35,404 bases of DNA, taken from IMG/VR virus record IMGVR_UViG_3300038365_000136. The stretch is one strand, 5' to 3'. This DNA comes from a virus. The notes beneath the pieces are model-generated. The model searched no databases, was not told the DNA's origin, and saw only the letters and a list, made by a program, of their open reading frames with translations. Shown here one piece after another: positions 17,508-25,405 of the stretch (positions are counted from its first letter, which is position 1; every line of letters starts with the position of its first letter). The position numbers and the translations under genes were made by a program.

Positions 17508-17723
17508 TCACGGCCGCCCCCAAGGGCCAGCGCCCTTGGCCCTGGCCTTGCTCAGCATGTTGTTGACCGACTGCCGGCTGATGCCCATGCGCCTGGCGAT
17601 CTCCACGGGGGCGAGGCCCTGCTCCCTGGCCGCGGCAGCCTCCGACTCTCGGATGGACAGCCCGTATTGGAGCTGTAGCTCCCTCTCCCTGATGCACAGC
17701 TCCCTGGCGTCATCACCACTCAT
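17508..17723 (-). CDS. Small HTH DNA-binding protein (sigma70 region 4-like)
   Basis: LAPVEIARRMGISRQSVNNMLSKARAK. Confidence 0.7.
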   Translation of the reverse strand: MSGDDARELCIRERELQLQYGLSIRESEAAAAREQGLAPVEIARRMGISRQSVNNMLSKARAKGAGPWGRP

Positions 17724-18033
17724 CGTATCCCTCCGGCATCGTCAGCCCGATCCTGCTGTCGTAGGACATGCCCTCGCCCATGCGGACATGCACATAGCCC
17801 TTATCATCGACGCGATACCCGAGCGCGAGCACCAGCCGCACCGGGACCGGTAGCAGGTAATCGTCCACGTCGTCGCCCTCGACCAGCTCATCGATGAGCA
17901 CGATGAGGCTGTGGCCGCCGTCGCTCACGTAGACATACGCAGCGTCAAGCTCCGGAGGGAGCGACCGCACGTAGCGCCGTCCCTCCACCACCCACGGGCC
18001 GAGCTGAGCGCGTCGCGCCATCTCCGACGGCAT
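17713..18033 (-). CDS. Hypothetical protein
   Basis: 106-aa ORF coupled to its neighbours, SD-like GGAGTGA. Confidence 0.6.
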   Translation of the reverse strand: MPSEMARRAQLGPWVVEGRRYVRSLPPELDAAYVYVSDGGHSLIVLIDELVEGDDVDDYLLPVPVRLVLALGYRVDDKGYVHVRMGEGMSYDSRIGLTMPEGYDEW

Positions 18034-18036
18034 CGC

Positions 18037-18504
18037 TCACTCCACCCCCATTTGCTTAATGGGCCGTTTCTTCAGCATCTCCGCCGTCCAGTTGAAGGCG
18101 TCCACCTCTTCATCGGTCAGGCGGGAGATGTCTACAGCGTCACCCATGGCACTCCTGATGGCCATCTTCATGATCTTTTCCATGCGGAACCCCAGCATAT
18201 ATTTGGCCTTACCCTCGAACTTGGCCAGATGGTCAGATGCAAGCTTAGCCTGAGAGGAAAACTGGTCCTTTGCGAACTCTTGTTTAGCCTCCTCGCGCAA
18301 CCCCCTCAGTGTGTGCCTGATGACCAAGTACAGGTCCTTGCGGACCTCGGACGGGTTCTTGGTTCGCTGCTCGGTCCGGTAGATCACGGTTAGGTCATCG
18401 TATCCGATTTTCCTCGGAGCTATCTGCTTCTGAAACTCCAGTTGCTCTGCATTGTTCAGGGCCAGGTATGCCTCGCTGGCCTTGGTTATCTTGTCGTAGT
18501 TCAT
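18037..18504 (-). CDS. Hypothetical helical protein
   Basis: 155-aa ORF with GGTGA SD; lower GC than neighbours. Confidence 0.65.
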   Translation of the reverse strand: MNYDKITKASEAYLALNNAEQLEFQKQIAPRKIGYDDLTVIYRTEQRTKNPSEVRKDLYLVIRHTLRGLREEAKQEFAKDQFSSQAKLASDHLAKFEGKAKYMLGFRMEKIMKMAIRSAMGDAVDISRLTDEEVDAFNWTAEMLKKRPIKQMGVE

Positions 18505-18513
18505 GTTTTCACC

Positions 18514-19329
18514 TCACCATGTGTGGTATCTCATTATCTCGGTCGTCCCGTCCGGCATGGCGTACTCGGTGACATGATCCAGGCTGCACTCCTCGCGGGG
18601 GTCGTTGCAGTCCGCCATCCACGAGCGCAGCAGGACCTTCTCGCCGGTGCGCTTCGCCTCGGCGAACTTCGCCTGTCGCTCCTCCTCCCTGGCCCTCTGC
18701 TCGGCCTCCTTCGCCTCCCTGGCCGGCCGGGTCAGCTCGGCCGCCTGGGGGAAGGTGAACTCCTTGCCCAGGGCCTTGATGATCTCCCAGTTGACCTGGG
18801 TGCTGTATGCGACATCCTTGGCGGCCCCGATCTCCTTTAGCGCCTTGGCCGCCTCGCCGAACACCAGGTACAGCGGGATGCCGTCGTAATCCTCGACGGT
18901 CGGCACGATCATGACCTCCCCGGCCCGGATGGCGCGGGCCTCTTCGACCCTGGCCGCTTCCTCGGCCGCCTTCTTCTCGGCAGCCTCCTTCTCGCGCCGC
19001 AGCAGCTCAGCCATGATCTCCGGCTTCATCCGCTGGAAGAGCTTCTTCTCCTCCTCGGTGAACGCCTTCCCACGACCGGGGAAGATGGCGAGGGCGTCGC
19101 CCCTGCGCTCGATGTGGTACTTGGTGATCATGTTAGAGATCTCTCTCTCACCTGGGTACAGCTCCACGTCGAGATAGATCAGGGAGGGGTCCTCGCGGGC
19201 GATCTCCTGGGCCTCCTCGACGCTGAGTCCCATGCGGTGCTCCCCCATGGGAGTATGGTATTTGCAGAGGGTTAGGCTGTGTTCCCTCGCATGCTCCATA
19301 GCCTCCATTCCGTGCAGTCTCCTGGGCAT
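18514..19329 (-). CDS. Hypothetical protein with coiled-coil segments
   Basis: 271-aa ORF; EKKAAEEAARVEEAR and EAKEAEQRAREEERQ. Confidence 0.65.
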   Translation of the reverse strand: MPRRLHGMEAMEHAREHSLTLCKYHTPMGEHRMGLSVEEAQEIAREDPSLIYLDVELYPGEREISNMITKYHIERRGDALAIFPGRGKAFTEEEKKLFQRMKPEIMAELLRREKEAAEKKAAEEAARVEEARAIRAGEVMIVPTVEDYDGIPLYLVFGEAAKALKEIGAAKDVAYSTQVNWEIIKALGKEFTFPQAAELTRPAREAKEAEQRAREEERQAKFAEAKRTGEKVLLRSWMADCNDPREECSLDHVTEYAMPDGTTEIMRYHTW

Positions 19330-19332
19330 GTC

Positions 19333-20286
19333 TCACGCCCTCATTATGGTCATGATGCTGTTGCACTCGGCACAGTCCAGATATGGGCGGCCGTTCTCAT
19401 CGAACTCCCCGCCCATTTTCCACTCCTTTCGAGTATAGTCTCCTGGAGCGGTCCATTTGTGACCGTTCGGGCAGGTCAGCACGTCGCCCGCATGTACGAC
19501 CGTCTCTATCTCACTGTCAAGCGGTAGCAGGTACTCGCGGAAGCTCAGATCGAGGCCGAGGCCATCCGGGTCGATCTTGCCAGGGCTGCCCCTCACCCAC
19601 CGATATAGGAGCGTATCCTTTTCGACCGCCTCTGGATACTCGTCAGCTTTCATTTCCTCGTTATCCCAGAGCGTGGCATCCATCTCTCCGTCGATGACGG
19701 AGAGAATATCGACCGAGAGGTCGGCTGTCTTGTACGAGTAGTCCTGGGCGACGATGACCTTGCCATCCTGGAGGTAGTACAGGCAGATGCCCCCCCCGTT
19801 GTCCTGGTAGACCTCGATTGCCTCGATCATCGCTTGCGCCCTCTGGAGCTGCGCCATGCGAACATCGCGTTCGATGTAGGCGGCCAGCATCTTTTCCAGG
19901 TCCTCCGGCGCGTTGTCCTGCCAGTCTCCAGGTATGCCGTCAAGGTAAGTGCTCACTGCATAACTGATAGTCATGCCCGGCGAGTATCGCATAAATTCCT
20001 CCGTGGTCTGCCCGCCGACGAACAGATCCCACAGCTGCCCGGCGCGCTCGTAGTCCACGGCAGGGATCCCCTGTAGGATCTCCACGCGGCCGCCCTGCAT
20101 GTAGATGCTGCCGTCGTGGCCGTATTCGCCGCCGCCGACCGCGCCGACATAGCGCTGGTTGCCGGTCAGCTTCAGCAGCTCATTGATGTACCGCTGCTCC
20201 TCGTCGGCCGTCGCGCGGCGCAGTTCCTCGCCGCTCTTGTAGTCGTAGATCATCGCCCTGTCGTTGTTCCGCTCGGTCTGTTCCAT
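19333..20286 (-). CDS. Mosaic hypothetical protein: domain shared with tag-array proteins 10/11, plus C-terminal Zn ribbon
   Basis: Likely ATG 20286 after GGAGG; WDLFVGGQTTEEFMRYSPGMT...MLAAYIERD; CPNGH...CAEC. Confidence 0.7.
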   Translation of the reverse strand: MEQTERNNDRAMIYDYKSGEELRRATADEEQRYINELLKLTGNQRYVGAVGGGEYGHDGSIYMQGGRVEILQGIPAVDYERAGQLWDLFVGGQTTEEFMRYSPGMTISYAVSTYLDGIPGDWQDNAPEDLEKMLAAYIERDVRMAQLQRAQAMIEAIEVYQDNGGGICLYYLQDGKVIVAQDYSYKTADLSVDILSVIDGEMDATLWDNEEMKADEYPEAVEKDTLLYRWVRGSPGKIDPDGLGLDLSFREYLLPLDSEIETVVHAGDVLTCPNGHKWTAPGDYTRKEWKMGGEFDENGRPYLDCAECNSIMTIMRA

Positions 20287-20340
20287 ATTCCTCAATCCTC
20301 CGGGGTTCTCCCCCCGACAATACCCTAAATGGTTTACATG

Positions 20341-20348
20341 TATATAGT
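20341..20348 (-). promoter_or_regulatory. Putative archaeal TATA box for the minus-strand block
   Basis: TATATA in an AT-rich gap about 55 nt upstream of ATG 20286. Confidence 0.4.
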
Positions 20349-20517
20349 AATTACGTTGATATAGATAGCTAGTCCGATATGACCCCCGTCCTCAAACGAC
20401 TCGCGATACTTGCATGCGAGGGCAAGGGCTTCTATTTTGGAAGAAGTACCAGGTAACCGGCCAGGATGATGATATTTGATGAACATCACATTATGATGGA
20501 CATTTAATTATAGAGAG

Positions 20518-20525
20518 TTTTATAA
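20518..20525 (+). promoter_or_regulatory. Putative archaeal TATA box (TTTTATAA) for the rightward early operon
   Basis: Purine-rich BRE-like AGAGAG upstream; SD about 30 nt downstream. Confidence 0.55.
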
Positions 20526-20566
20526 CCTCGGACGGCATACCCTGTAGCATATTGGAGGCAACCAAT

Positions 20567-20743
20567 ATGCAAGAACAAACGCAGGAGCCAACAGGAACTA
20601 CGAGCCAGAGTTCTCCTGACCGTAACAAGGTCCGGGAGATCGTTATGAATGTAAAGTCCGGGATCCGGGCCAAGGCCGAGCTCAAGAGGTGCGGCTGTCA
20701 GGAGTGCAGAGCGGCCCTCTGCATCCTCAACGGAGGCGCGTGA
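20567..20743 (+). CDS. Small protein with CGCQEC motif
   Basis: ATG after GGAGGCAACCAAT; first gene after the promoter. Confidence 0.6.
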   Translation: MQEQTQEPTGTTSQSSPDRNKVREIVMNVKSGIRAKAELKRCGCQECRAALCILNGGA

Positions 20744-20745
20744 GC

Positions 20746-21051
20746 ATGGCTATCACCGGATTCGACCGGAACATCAACCAGGGAACCGCCGTCTGCGACC
20801 ACTGCGGCAAGCGCACCTGGAAGAGCAACATCGACCACGGTTATTGCGACAGGTGCAACGCCATATTCGGCGCTGACATCACGCTTACTGATAACAAACC
20901 TGACTCGCCGGAGGCGCTCCAGGCGATCAAGGCCATCAAACAGGCGCTCAACGCTCAGGACTACCCACCGTTCCCTGACGACGGGCAATGGAATAGCGAG
21001 GAATCCGCCAAGATCGTGGCCGAGCACGTCGCCGCCAGGAAGGTGGCCTAA
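20746..21051 (+). CDS. Zn-finger microprotein
   Basis: CDHC...CDRC; ATG in a TGAGCATG junction. Confidence 0.65.
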   Translation: MAITGFDRNINQGTAVCDHCGKRTWKSNIDHGYCDRCNAIFGADITLTDNKPDSPEALQAIKAIKQALNAQDYPPFPDDGQWNSEESAKIVAEHVAARKVA

Positions 21052-21203
21052 TGCCAGCTCGTCAAAGAAGCCGGGGCCACAAACTCGTTAGCAAGCCATG
21101 TCCAGGTTGCGGAAGGCCGTACAAAGGCATCGATGACGCAGGAGATGTCCACACCGAGTGCTACTGGTGCGAACGCCGCAAGGCGAAGAAGGCGGTGGCG
21201 TGA
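21051..21203 (+). CDS. 50-aa Zn-finger microprotein (not in ORF track)
   Basis: MPARQRSRGHKLVSKPCPGC...CYWCERRKAKKAVA; coupled at both ends. Confidence 0.6.
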   Translation: MPARQRSRGHKLVSKPCPGCGRPYKGIDDAGDVHTECYWCERRKAKKAVA

Positions 21204-21400
21204 TGGCCAACTATCCCACTCAGTGGAAGGTTATCAGCAACTACGTCGGCGGCGACGATGTGATCTATCAGGCCTGCCGGCAGAAGCGCGCCCTACGCCC
21301 TGGAGAGCCGGAGCACAGCGGCGTCCTGGACATACGCGGCGTATACCATTCCCGCGAGGAGGCCCAGGCATACGTCGACCAGCTCAACGGGGGTGCGTGA
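21203..21400 (+). CDS. Hypothetical microprotein
   Basis: TGATG coupling; MANYPTQWKVISNY... Confidence 0.6.
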   Translation: MANYPTQWKVISNYVGGDDVIYQACRQKRALRPGEPEHSGVLDIRGVYHSREEAQAYVDQLNGGA

Positions 21401-21402
21401 GC

Positions 21403-21564
21403 ATGGCCGAGCTCGTGCAGGACCACATCGAGCTGGGTAACCTGCTCTACCGCATCAGGCGGGAGACGACCGACCCTGCCATTCTGCCGGTCATCAACGA
21501 GGCGATCGCCAAGAACTGTGAGATCATCGGCACCGCCGACCGCGGCGGATACGGGAGGGAGTGA
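21403..21564 (+). CDS. Hypothetical microprotein
   Basis: TGAGCATG junction; MAELVQDHIELGNLLYRIRR... Confidence 0.6.
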   Translation: MAELVQDHIELGNLLYRIRRETTDPAILPVINEAIAKNCEIIGTADRGGYGRE

Positions 21565-21566
21565 GC

Positions 21567-21806
21567 ATGGATACCATCCTCATAGGATGCGACCATGATG
21601 GACGCCCCCTGCTCGGAGGGAATGCGGTGGACAGGGCGGCCGACGCGCACCGACTGGAGGCTGTTGAGGAGGCACAACCCGAACGCGTCCACGAGTGGTG
21701 CACGGCACGTGACCATGCCGGCAAGTACCGCGTCTGCCTGCGCACTACGGCCTACCGCAAGGGGTGGAGTGTCACCGGACAGTTCCGGCGCTATGGGAGG
21801 GCGTGA
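21567..21806 (+). CDS. Hypothetical microprotein
   Basis: TGAGCATG junction. Confidence 0.55.
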   Translation: MDTILIGCDHDGRPLLGGNAVDRAADAHRLEAVEEAQPERVHEWCTARDHAGKYRVCLRTTAYRKGWSVTGQFRRYGRA

Positions 21807-21808
21807 GC

Positions 21809-21997
21809 ATGTCCAAGAGCAAGTATGCCCACACCTGGGTGGTGGAGGGGGACTTCTGGGGATTCCGCGTCAAGGTCAAGGCCCACTCGGAGAGCGAGGC
21901 CAAGGCCAAGGTGAGGAAGATGGTCCGGGAGGGCAAGCTCAAACCCAAGATACAGAGCAACATCTTCTACGCCAGCAGGGACAACTGGGAGGACTGA
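21809..21997 (+). CDS. Hypothetical basic microprotein
   Basis: TGAGCATG junction; VKVKAHSESEAKAKVRK. Confidence 0.6.
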   Translation: MSKSKYAHTWVVEGDFWGFRVKVKAHSESEAKAKVRKMVREGKLKPKIQSNIFYASRDNWED

Positions 21998-21999
21998 GC

Positions 22000-22224
22000 A
22001 TGGCCACTCTCTCGGAGCGTATCAACGAGGTCATGCTGGAGCTCGACCAGCAGCACTCGCTCATCAGAAAACTCGTTCGAGAGGTCGAAGCCATCGACGG
22101 CATCGAGGCTGTTCCGTACTTCGCTGACCTTCCCGAGTGGCTCGCCACGGCGGACAGGATGGCCGCCAGCACCGTCAACGCGCTCGACCAGGCCGCTAAG
22201 TGCGCCAAGGCAGGGGGGGCGTGA
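22000..22224 (+). CDS. Hypothetical helical microprotein
   Basis: TGAGCATG junction; MATLSERINEVMLELD... Confidence 0.6.
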   Translation: MATLSERINEVMLELDQQHSLIRKLVREVEAIDGIEAVPYFADLPEWLATADRMAASTVNALDQAAKCAKAGGA

Positions 22225-22226
22225 GC

Positions 22227-22442
22227 ATGGCGACCTGGCTCAAGTCCTGCAACGGGGCCGTCTGCCCTCGGACCGGAAAGCCGATCAAGCCTGCCGGGAG
22301 CAAGTGGGGCAGCCGCGCCAAGCCGTGCGTCGGCAAGGACGGCGAGAAATGCGAGCATCTCGGGCAGTATCGAGCCTCGCTATACTACGCCTCGGTCCAG
22401 TGCCGCTGTAAGGGGCCTGACGCGATCGCTACAGTGGAGTGA
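22227..22442 (+). CDS. Cys-rich microprotein
   Basis: TGAGCATG junction; six Cys residues. Confidence 0.55.
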   Translation: MATWLKSCNGAVCPRTGKPIKPAGSKWGSRAKPCVGKDGEKCEHLGQYRASLYYASVQCRCKGPDAIATVE

Positions 22443-22645
22443 ATGGCATGCCACGCCTCAGCAAATGCTCTTTTTGCCCTCATGGACTCACTGACGATAT
22501 TGGCTCCACATGCGGAGCGGAGGACGTTCTCAACGATCCTCAGACCAAGCCCATCGTCCGGAGGACCATTGAGACCGATTGTAAGGATTCCGAGAGGAGG
22601 TTCGGGGAACGCTCCTCTCTCCCCGTAATGATGGTGTTCGCCTGA
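22439..22645 (+). CDS. Cys-containing microprotein
   Basis: CSFC motif; overlapping start. Confidence 0.5.
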   Translation: MNGMPRLSKCSFCPHGLTDDIGSTCGAEDVLNDPQTKPIVRRTIETDCKDSERRFGERSSLPVMMVFA

Positions 22646-22671
22646 ACTGGACCGTTCAAGGAGATTAGATC

Positions 22672-23022
22672 ATGAAACCACGAAGAAAACTGTACGAGCT
22701 GCTCGTCAAGAACGAGATACCGACAAAGCAAGCCAAGGTACTGGCATGTTTTGAGAACGACAATGAGCGACTGACCTCCTGGGAAATCCAGGTCCGGACC
22801 AGACTCCAACAGCCACAGATCAGCACCTCCACTCGCTGTCTGCAAACGAGGGGGTGGCTTAAGGTGACCACGATCCCGAAGCCTGCCAAGGGCCGTCCGT
22901 ACTTCGAATACGCTCTGGCCCACCCAATGCGGGAGATACTGGAAAAGGTAGCCGAGTGCAGGATGGCCGATCTAAGCAAAGCTCAGGGATACATCGATGA
23001 GCTACTGGCAATAGACGTCTAG
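22672..23022 (+). CDS. Archaeal winged-HTH transcriptional regulator (COG4738-like)
   Basis: AKVLACF...TSWEIQVRTRLQQPQISTSTRCLQTRGWL...KGRPYFEYAL matches the remembered pattern of this archaeal family. Confidence 0.7.
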   Translation: MKPRRKLYELLVKNEIPTKQAKVLACFENDNERLTSWEIQVRTRLQQPQISTSTRCLQTRGWLKVTTIPKPAKGRPYFEYALAHPMREILEKVAECRMADLSKAQGYIDELLAIDV

Positions 23023-23035
23023 TGGGGATGAGAGA

Positions 23036-25405
23036 ATGGAGGCAACCAAAGACAGTCAAGACCTCGGGAGCAACGAGCCAATTGTGTCCCGGGACATCTA
23101 TCAGCGCAGCGAGACCATACCGCTCGATCGCATCACGACCAGCGGGAAGAACCCCCGCAAGAGCATGGATGAGGAGCAGCTCATCAGCCTCATGCGTGAC
23201 ATGGCAAGCAACGGCCTCATGCAGCCTGTCCTCGTCCGCCCGATCGGGCCGGAGTTCGGCGGTCGCTATGAGCTCGTGGTCGGCCATCGCCGCCTGGAAT
23301 CGGCCAAGCGGCTCGGCTGGAACGAGATCCGATGCACCGTCCAGGAGATGAGCGACGACGACTCCTTCGAGCGCATGGGTCTGGAGAACCTCGACCGCGA
23401 GGACCTCTCCCCACTCGATACGGCCATGTGGCTAAAGGAGGCGTGGGAACGAGCGAAGGCCAGGGGAGAGAAGCAGGAGGACCTCGCCAAGCGGCTGGGA
23501 AAGAGCCAGGGATGGCTTTCCAACAAGCTCCGCGTGGCGTCCGCTCCCGAGCCTCTCCTCCAGCTCTACGCTCAGGGAAGGATCTCCGACAAGCACGTTC
23601 TCCAAGTGCTGCCGTTCCAAGAGTATGCCATCTATCGCGGCATCGTAGCATATCTGGACAACGCCACCAAGGAAGGCACCGTCTCCAGCCGCAAGCTTGA
23701 GCAGGAGATCGAGCAGATGATCCGCCGGGGGGACGGGACCGAGTACTGCCTCAACCTGGACGATTTTCCGGTAAATATGCGATACTTGAGAGGTCTGTTC
23801 GACTTCTCGAAGTGCGACGGATGCAAGGAGGTCCGTCCCCTGATCGTGTTCGGCGGAGCAACGCACCGCTTCTGCCTGGACCGCTCATGCTGGGCCGATC
23901 TTCTCAACCAGGCCAAGCAGCAGTACGAGAAGGCAAAGGAAGAACCGGAACGCCACGACGAGACCTCTGATGAAGTACCGAACGAGGCCTCCGCTTACGA
24001 CGGGCTATTGCAGGAATACAAGGAGCTCTCTGACAGGATCTACAAGCTCCCCGCTACCTATGGTAATCCGAGCAAGGAAGAGAAGGACCTCAAGAAGGAG
24101 CGTTTGCAGCTGCGCAAGAAGCTCAAGGCGATGGCCCCTCTCAAGACCTGCTGGTTCTGTTGCGGGTTCTCGATCAATAACTACGAGAGCCCCTGCCGGA
24201 ACGGGAAGCTGGACGAGGGGGCCGTGCCGACGGATGCGTGTCACGTCTGGGAGATAGCTCGAGGTGAGGGCTACCTGACCGAGGAGTGCACGGTGGCCAT
24301 GCAGGAGATGCATGAGGAGATCGCGGCGAGAGAGGCGGCGGAGCAGGCGGCCGAGGATGAGCCGGACGAGGGCGACAACCCGACCGACCATGAGCCTGCC
24401 GGCACCGCCCCCTGGTGGGAGGGAGGGCCGCTCGACACCGTCAACGGCATGCCGTGGCATAGGGCGGTAGCTCGCTGTCCGAATGGGTCCTACGTCATTC
24501 TCATGCCGGGCAGCTACACGTACGACTCGGAGGACGGGGACTTGACCGTGACGCTGTCCGAACCGCATCTGTTCGGAGGCCCCGCAGATCCGCTGGAGGC
24601 ATTGGTCGAGATCCTCAACGGCCGCGTCCCCACCATCGATGAGGTCAAGGTCCGCAACCCCACACACTACGAACCGGCAAAGGGCGAGGCCGCCAACGTT
24701 GATGCTGCGACGGATTTACCGGCAAATTCGTTCGACTACCAGATTGTGGATCGAGGGGAGGGCATGACCCATGCCGAGAACTGCACCAGTGAACATGACG
24801 TTCCGGTAGAACGCAAACCCTCCAAGGAGGAGGTCATCGCCCGGGAGCTCCCCCGCGCCCGTCTTCTCGACAGCCATAAGCGCGATCTTCTCTGGCTATT
24901 GACCGAGGAAGGAACGGAGGGGTATGCGGAATATCTGGAGATCCTCCTTGGGAAGCCTCTTGAAGATGGAGTCGACATCGCCGACGTTATCGCCTCGCTG
25001 ACGTCCGCTCAGCTCGACCAGGGCCTAGTGCTCATGGCCGCTGACTACTACATCCACGGAGGTTCCCGGATCCCTGCGGAGGAAGAGATCGTGAAATATC
25101 TCTTTCCCAACAGTAAGAGCGAGACCGATCTGGACATGTCCGATGACATTGGTGAGGTATTCGTCCTGAACAACGAACTGGACTGCCAGCTATCCATGTG
25201 GAGAGACCGCATACGCCGGAACTACGGCAGCATGGACGAGCTCAAGGCCATCGTCAAGGAGGGCGGCGGTCTCCCGGCCATGCTCATGTATGCCGAGTAC
25301 GAGCAGGTCCTCCGGCGCTCCCAGGCCATCAAAGAACGCTACAAGGCATTGGACGCTAGGGAGAAGGAGCGCCTAAAGGCTCCCGCCGGAGGTGACCGCC
25401 GATGA
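23036..25405 (+). CDS. parB: Large ParB/Spo0J-family protein with HTH and long Cys-rich/acidic C-terminal extension
   Basis: NPRK...GLMQPVLVRP...YELVVGHRRLESAK...ENLDREDLSP; HTH KQEDLAKRLGKSQGWLSNKLR; CDGC...CLDRSC and CWFCC...C clusters. Confidence 0.85.
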   Translation: MEATKDSQDLGSNEPIVSRDIYQRSETIPLDRITTSGKNPRKSMDEEQLISLMRDMASNGLMQPVLVRPIGPEFGGRYELVVGHRRLESAKRLGWNEIRCTVQEMSDDDSFERMGLENLDREDLSPLDTAMWLKEAWERAKARGEKQEDLAKRLGKSQGWLSNKLRVASAPEPLLQLYAQGRISDKHVLQVLPFQEYAIYRGIVAYLDNATKEGTVSSRKLEQEIEQMIRRGDGTEYCLNLDDFPVNMRYLRGLFDFSKCDGCKEVRPLIVFGGATHRFCLDRSCWADLLNQAKQQYEKAKEEPERHDETSDEVPNEASAYDGLLQEYKELSDRIYKLPATYGNPSKEEKDLKKERLQLRKKLKAMAPLKTCWFCCGFSINNYESPCRNGKLDEGAVPTDACHVWEIARGEGYLTEECTVAMQEMHEEIAAREAAEQAAEDEPDEGDNPTDHEPAGTAPWWEGGPLDTVNGMPWHRAVARCPNGSYVILMPGSYTYDSEDGDLTVTLSEPHLFGGPADPLEALVEILNGRVPTIDEVKVRNPTHYEPAKGEAANVDAATDLPANSFDYQIVDRGEGMTHAENCTSEHDVPVERKPSKEEVIARELPRARLLDSHKRDLLWLLTEEGTEGYAEYLEILLGKPLEDGVDIADVIASLTSAQLDQGLVLMAADYYIHGGSRIPAEEEIVKYLFPNSKSETDLDMSDDIGEVFVLNNELDCQLSMWRDRIRRNYGSMDELKAIVKEGGGLPAMLMYAEYEQVLRRSQAIKERYKALDAREKERLKAPAGGDRR
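23763..23776. promoter_or_regulatory. Palindrome copy 4, ATTTTCCGGTAAAT (inside parB, 1 mismatch)
   Basis: Reverse complement of copy 3. Confidence 0.55.
24714..24727. promoter_or_regulatory. Palindrome copy 5, ATTTACCGGCAAAT (inside parB, 1 mismatch)
   Basis: Seen directly in the sequence. Confidence 0.55.

Noticed and set aside
4919-23776. Strict ~4.7-kb periodicity of the palindrome
   Set aside because: No copy found near 18.9-19.0 kb and copy 5 is off-phase; three spacings are too few to claim periodicity.
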